Source: a virus
Taxonomy: Duplodnaviria; Caudoviricetes
IMG/VR virus record: IMGVR_UViG_3300047279_000044
Location: 1 to 37,322 of that record
Reading direction: 5' to 3' (one strand)
DNA: 37,322 nucleotides
Shown here: piece after piece, positions 33,383 to 37,322 of the stretch
How positions within the stretch are numbered: the first letter of the stretch is position 1
Layout of the letters: every line of letters starts with the position of its first letter
Made by a program: the position numbers and the translations under genes
The notes under the pieces: model-generated
What the model saw: only the letters and a program-made list of their open reading frames with translations
Databases searched by the model: none
What the model was told of the DNA's origin: nothing

Positions 33383-33623
33383 TCGTCTATATGATTTTAT
33401 ATGCCCTAACGATCATGTAACTGAATCGCTGGTTGATAGCGAATATACCACAGCTAAATGCAAGGTATGTAGTAAGGACGCTATCAGGGTTGTATCCTCC
33501 CCAAGGATAAAGCTGGATGGTTGCTCAGGCGATTTCCCTTCAGCTTCCGATAGGTGGGTACAAGTAAGGGCTGAAAAGCTCAGACAAGAAAAGAAACAGA
33601 ACGCATCTCATGTAGGTGACTAA
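33375..33623 (+). CDS. FmdB-like zinc-ribbon protein (start refined to 33375)
   Basis: YDFICPNDH..E......CKVC...A.RVVSSP; RBS gagga. Confidence 0.75.
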   Translation: MSNRLYDFICPNDHVTESLVDSEYTTAKCKVCSKDAIRVVSSPRIKLDGCSGDFPSASDRWVQVRAEKLRQEKKQNASHVGD

Positions 33624-33680
33624 CTCTGAATTCATTTATAACACTCCTAAAACCCGTACAGGGCAGGACGAAAGGTAGGT

Positions 33681-34463
33681 ATGGCTCTCATTGACCAAGA
33701 AGAATTGGGACAAAGCGAATTTGATGCAGTAGAAGAACAACAAGCAGCTCGTAGTAATACAGCTCCTGTAGCCCCTCAAGAACCAGTCTCTAATGTTCCC
33801 GACAAGTATCGGGGTAAAAGCTTAGAAGACATTGTGACGATGCACCAAGAGGCTGAGAAGCTAATTGGTAGGCAAGCACAAGAGGTAGGTGAAGTTCGAC
33901 GACTAGCAGATGAGCTTTTGAAACAGCAACTCTCCCAAAAACAAGTACAGCCTACACAAGTAGAGAATGAGATAGACTTTTTTGAAGATCCTCAGTCAGC
34001 GATTCGTAAAGCAGTTACAAATCATCCTGATGTATTAGCCGCTAAACAAGCTTCACAACAGCTTAAGCAAATTCAGACACAAGCAATGCTCAATAAGAAG
34101 CATCCTGACTTTGCAGACATTGTACGTGATGTTGAGTTTCAAGAATGGGTAAGAGCCTCTCCTATGAGACTTAATATCTATGCAATGGCTGATGCTAATT
34201 ATGATTTTAATGCAGCTGATGAGTTGGTTTCAACATTTAAACAGATCCGTACGTCTAAGACACAACAGACAACTGATGCCGGAAATGCTGTACGCAAGCA
34301 AAACTTGTCAGCAGCAGCTGTAGATGTTGGAGGGACTGGTGAATCATCTAAGAAAGTATATCGTCGTGCCGACCTTATCCGGCTACGTATGACAGACCCT
34401 AATCGTTATGAAGCTCTTGAACCTGAAATTCGGGCAGCTTATAACGAAGGACGTGTGAAGTAA
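33681..34463 (+). CDS. Capsid scaffolding protein
   Basis: Acidic N-terminus, PDKYRGKS, coiled coil, C-terminal AYNEGRVK; directly before the capsid gene. Confidence 0.85.
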   Translation: MALIDQEELGQSEFDAVEEQQAARSNTAPVAPQEPVSNVPDKYRGKSLEDIVTMHQEAEKLIGRQAQEVGEVRRLADELLKQQLSQKQVQPTQVENEIDFFEDPQSAIRKAVTNHPDVLAAKQASQQLKQIQTQAMLNKKHPDFADIVRDVEFQEWVRASPMRLNIYAMADANYDFNAADELVSTFKQIRTSKTQQTTDAGNAVRKQNLSAAAVDVGGTGESSKKVYRRADLIRLRMTDPNRYEALEPEIRAAYNEGRVK

Positions 34464-34521
34464 CTCACACTAAAGGGTTAAATAACTTTTTAAATTAATT
34501 AAATTCTTAGGAGAATTAAAA

Positions 34522-35445
34522 ATGGCTTTAGGTACAGATCACGTCACCCGTGCAACGGCTGATAAATTCATTCCAGAAATCTGGAGCGACGAAATTGTTG
34601 CAACATACAAGAAGAACTTGGTGTTGGCAAACTTGGTTAAGAAGATGACCTTCAAGGGTAAGAAAGGTGACACCGTTCACATTCCTTCACCTACACGTGG
34701 CAATGCTTCAGTTAAGTCAGCTTCAAATCAGGTTACACTGATTGCAGCTACTGAGACAGAAGTTGTAGTCTCTATTGATCAGCACTATGAGTACAGCCGC
34801 TTGATCGAGGACATCGTCGAAGCTCAAGCTTTGTCTTCACTGCGTAACTTCTACACTGAAGATGCAGGTTATGCTTTGGCTCGTCAAGTGGATACATCAT
34901 TGATCCAAATTGGTCGTGCCGTTCAAGGTGGTGGCGGTACAGCTGCTTACTCCGGTGCTTTCTCAGGCGCTGACGGTACTACAGCTTATGTTGCTGGTGC
35001 TAACACTGGCTTGGGTGCTATCACTGATGCAGCGATTCGTCGTAGCATTCAGCGTCTTGATGACAACGATGTTCCTATGGACAATCGTTTCCTCTCTATC
35101 CCTCCTTCAACTCGCAACACTTTGATGGGCTTGGCTCGTTACACTGAGCAAGCTTTTGTTGGTGAAGCAGGTAATAACAACACCATCCGTAACGGTGAAA
35201 TTGGTAACTTGTACGGTGTTCCCGTGTTTGTTACTTCTAATGCTGATACTACTTCCGGTACTACCGCTTGCCGTATTGCATTGTTGGGTCATAAAGACTT
35301 TGCAGTGTTTGTCGAGCAAATGGGCGTTCGTTCACAGACTCAGTACAAACAAGAGTACCTCGGTACATTGTTCACTGCTGATACTTTGTATGGCGTGAAA
35401 GAACTGCGTGACGGTTCAGCAGTTGCTTTGGCAGTTCCAGCCTAA
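34522..35445 (+). CDS. Major capsid protein (HK97 fold, P22 gp5-like)
   Basis: FIPEIWS, GDTVHIP, AGYALARQVD, G.IGNLYGVPV..S, D.LYGVK.LR; strongly biased codons; followed by a terminator. Confidence 0.93.
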   Translation: MALGTDHVTRATADKFIPEIWSDEIVATYKKNLVLANLVKKMTFKGKKGDTVHIPSPTRGNASVKSASNQVTLIAATETEVVVSIDQHYEYSRLIEDIVEAQALSSLRNFYTEDAGYALARQVDTSLIQIGRAVQGGGGTAAYSGAFSGADGTTAYVAGANTGLGAITDAAIRRSIQRLDDNDVPMDNRFLSIPPSTRNTLMGLARYTEQAFVGEAGNNNTIRNGEIGNLYGVPVFVTSNADTTSGTTACRIALLGHKDFAVFVEQMGVRSQTQYKQEYLGTLFTADTLYGVKELRDGSAVALAVPA

Positions 35446-35454
35446 GTGATAGAG

Positions 35455-35484
35455 GGTTCCCACTGTAAAGGTGGGAGCCTTTTT
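35455..35484 (+). terminator. Rho-independent terminator after the capsid gene
   Basis: GGTTCCCACT-gtaaa-GGTGGGAGCC-TTTTT. Confidence 0.85.
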
Positions 35485-35525
35485 CATACGCTATTAATAG
35501 ATAGCTTATAAGAAAGGTACATATT

Positions 35526-35702
35526 ATGAAATTTAAATGCAAGACAACTAATCTTATTTATAACTTTGAGTTTGAGGTAGATATTGCTTCTATGCTTAAA
35601 CACCCTGACTATGAGCAAGTTATTGATAAGGAAGAAGTTAAGACATCTAGCAAGAAACAAATTAAGGTAACATCAAATGAAAGCAGTATCGACGGGGAAT
35701 AA
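35526..35702 (+). CDS. Hypothetical 58-aa protein (not in ORF track)
   Basis: MKFKCKTTNLIYNFEFEVDIASMLKHPDYEQV..; RBS aaagg. Confidence 0.7.
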   Translation: MKFKCKTTNLIYNFEFEVDIASMLKHPDYEQVIDKEEVKTSSKKQIKVTSNESSIDGE

Positions 35703-36009
35703 TTTAGTAGCTAACACTACTACTACAATCTTTACCGTTCCTAAGGGATACTACGCTAAGTGTATTCTACTGCATACTTGTAATACATCCCCAAGTAAAC
35801 ACATTTCATTTAACTGGTATAAAGCTTCTACAGCTACAAATATTAATATTGTAGCTGAGCAGGTATTATCAGCTAGAACAACATTAGATTTACTAACTAA
35901 TAGCCAGTGTTTTGTACTTGAAGAAGATGATTATGTTACAGCCTTTTCAGAAGCAGGGGCTACCATGTCAGTTATTACAACATTTGAGTTATACAGAAAA
36001 GGCGAGTAA
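35677..36009 (+). CDS. Small beta-rich structural protein
   Basis: TTIFTVP.G...LEEDD.V jelly-roll-like pattern; lies in the structural operon. Confidence 0.6.
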   Translation: MKAVSTGNNLVANTTTTIFTVPKGYYAKCILLHTCNTSPSKHISFNWYKASTATNINIVAEQVLSARTTLDLLTNSQCFVLEEDDYVTAFSEAGATMSVITTFELYRKGE

Positions 36010-36014
36010 CAGTA

Positions 36015-37322
36015 ATGGCTATTTTTAATAGAAATAACATGCTAAGCGACTTCGCCTTTGAAGACATGGGCGGTGATAGCTTATTTGATACTGGCTCATT
36101 CAATCTTCAAGATTTATTAAATTATTCATCAATTCCTGAGCCTTCCTTTGTAGCTCCTACGCCAGCTCCTGTGTATACCCCTGCTCCAGTATTTACACCT
36201 GAGCCTGTGTATACACCCCCAGCTTTTGTATCACAACCTACAGTCGATTACTTTGCACAGCAGTTTGCTCCTGAAATGTTTACTCAAGCACCTGCACCTG
36301 TGTATCAACCAACGTTTACACCTGAGCCTGTAGCAGCTCCTGCTTTACCTCCACAAATGATGGAGTCATTGTTCATGGGACAACCTGTAGGGGCTGTTAT
36401 GCCTACACCTGAGTTTGTTCCTGAAGCTCCTATGGCTCCTATGGCAGCTCCTGTACAACAACAACAAGAACAACCTAAAGTAGAGAACAAACAAGCTGTT
36501 ATTGATAGCCTTACCAAGCAGATCCTAGGCTCTAGTGACTCTTCTAAGTGGCAAGGTGGTGTAGGTGCTGAACAAGCCGCTAAAGACATGGCTAAGATCA
36601 TGGCTGGCATTGGCATCACAGACATTAGCCAATTTGGTAAGGTTACTCAAACTGGCTTGCAAGAGGATGTAAGACCTGATGGTCGTGGTGGCTATGTTAA
36701 CCTTAAAGGACAGCCTGTAGATCCTGCTGGTGTTACTCCTTTGGAGATGGATGGCAACATTGTCGGCTACTCCTCTCCTACTGGCACACAAGAGACTTAT
36801 GGTAACAAAGCAACAGGACAGTCTGTTCCTTTGACATACAGTGAGAGACAGACTGGTAATGCCTTTGGTGGTACTTTTGAAGGTAAGGGCAATACAGGCT
36901 ACAGAGTTGATTTTGATGCTTCTGGTAAGCCAGTGTTCTATACGACTGGTGCATCAAGCTCAGACGCTGCCAGTGCTACTCCATTCATTCAGATGGCTTT
37001 GTTAGCTACTGGTGCAGGTGGCTTGTTAGGTAATGCTCTATTAGGGTCAGGTGCTTCACAAGTAGCTGCTAATGCTCTTGGTGGTGCTATCCTTGGTGGT
37101 GGTACTGCAGCTATTACAGGTGCTGACATTGTTAAGGGAGCATTGATGGGAGGTGCTGGAGGTGCTTTGTCAGGTTACTTAGCTCCTGAGTTACCTCTGG
37201 ATGTTGCAGGTACTCCTACAGTAGATCCTGAAGCATTCATGACTCCTGATGTTTCATACTTCGAAGCTCCCCCAACTAACACACTATTCCCACCTATTGA
37301 AGCTCCTCCAATAGTTCCTGAG
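36015..37322 (+). CDS. N-terminal part of the 817-aa Pro-rich protein (continues through the junction to 1273)
   Basis: Hand translation from ATG 36015 (MAIFNRNNMLSDF..) has no stop before the window end; absent from the ORF track because it wraps. Confidence 0.85.
   Translation, partial: MAIFNRNNMLSDFAFEDMGGDSLFDTGSFNLQDLLNYSSIPEPSFVAPTPAPVYTPAPVFTPEPVYTPPAFVSQPTVDYFAQQFAPEMFTQAPAPVYQPTFTPEPVAAPALPPQMMESLFMGQPVGAVMPTPEFVPEAPMAPMAAPVQQQQEQPKVENKQAVIDSLTKQILGSSDSSKWQGGVGAEQAAKDMAKIMAGIGITDISQFGKVTQTGLQEDVRPDGRGGYVNLKGQPVDPAGVTPLEMDGNIVGYSSPTGTQETYGNKATGQSVPLTYSERQTGNAFGGTFEGKGNTGYRVDFDASGKPVFYTTGASSSDAASATPFIQMALLATGAGGLLGNALLGSGASQVAANALGGAILGGGTAAITGADIVKGALMGGAGGALSGYLAPELPLDVAGTPTVDPEAFMTPDVSYFEAPPTNTLFPPIEAPPIVPE
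37196..37322. repeat. Terminal overlap, identical to 1-127
   Basis: Direct sequence identity. Confidence 0.95.

Overview
The window is a complete, circularly assembled lytic dsDNA tailed-phage (podovirus-type) genome. Bases 1-127 are repeated exactly at 37196-37322, so the unique length is 37,195 bp. It has two opposed arms. The + arm (28957 through the contig junction to 13722) carries TerS, TerL, a P22-like portal, scaffold, major capsid, an 817-aa Pro-rich protein split by the junction, tail fibres, an HNH-AP2 endonuclease, adaptor/nozzle, three probable ejection proteins, holin and an M15A endolysin. The - arm (27846 to 13798) carries many small early genes, then T7-like primase-helicase, DNA polymerase A, SSB, exonuclease, endonuclease I, a metallophosphoesterase, a DUF3310 protein and a class II (B12-dependent) ribonucleotide reductase. 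The arms converge on a bidirectional terminator at about 13755-13792. I see no RNA polymerase, integrase, repressor, tRNA or CRISPR array; the promoters are sigma70-type. The most unusual part is the 1.1 kb non-coding region between the arms (27847-28956). It packs an oriC-like cluster of host DnaA boxes, a Fur-box-like palindrome, an IHF-like site, 31-bp and 20-bp periodic repeat arrays and CTACAAAGTA repeats, and it shares long exact AT-rich motifs with a second promoter leader at 24400-24545. All product calls come from motif recognition by eye and gene order; no database search was run.
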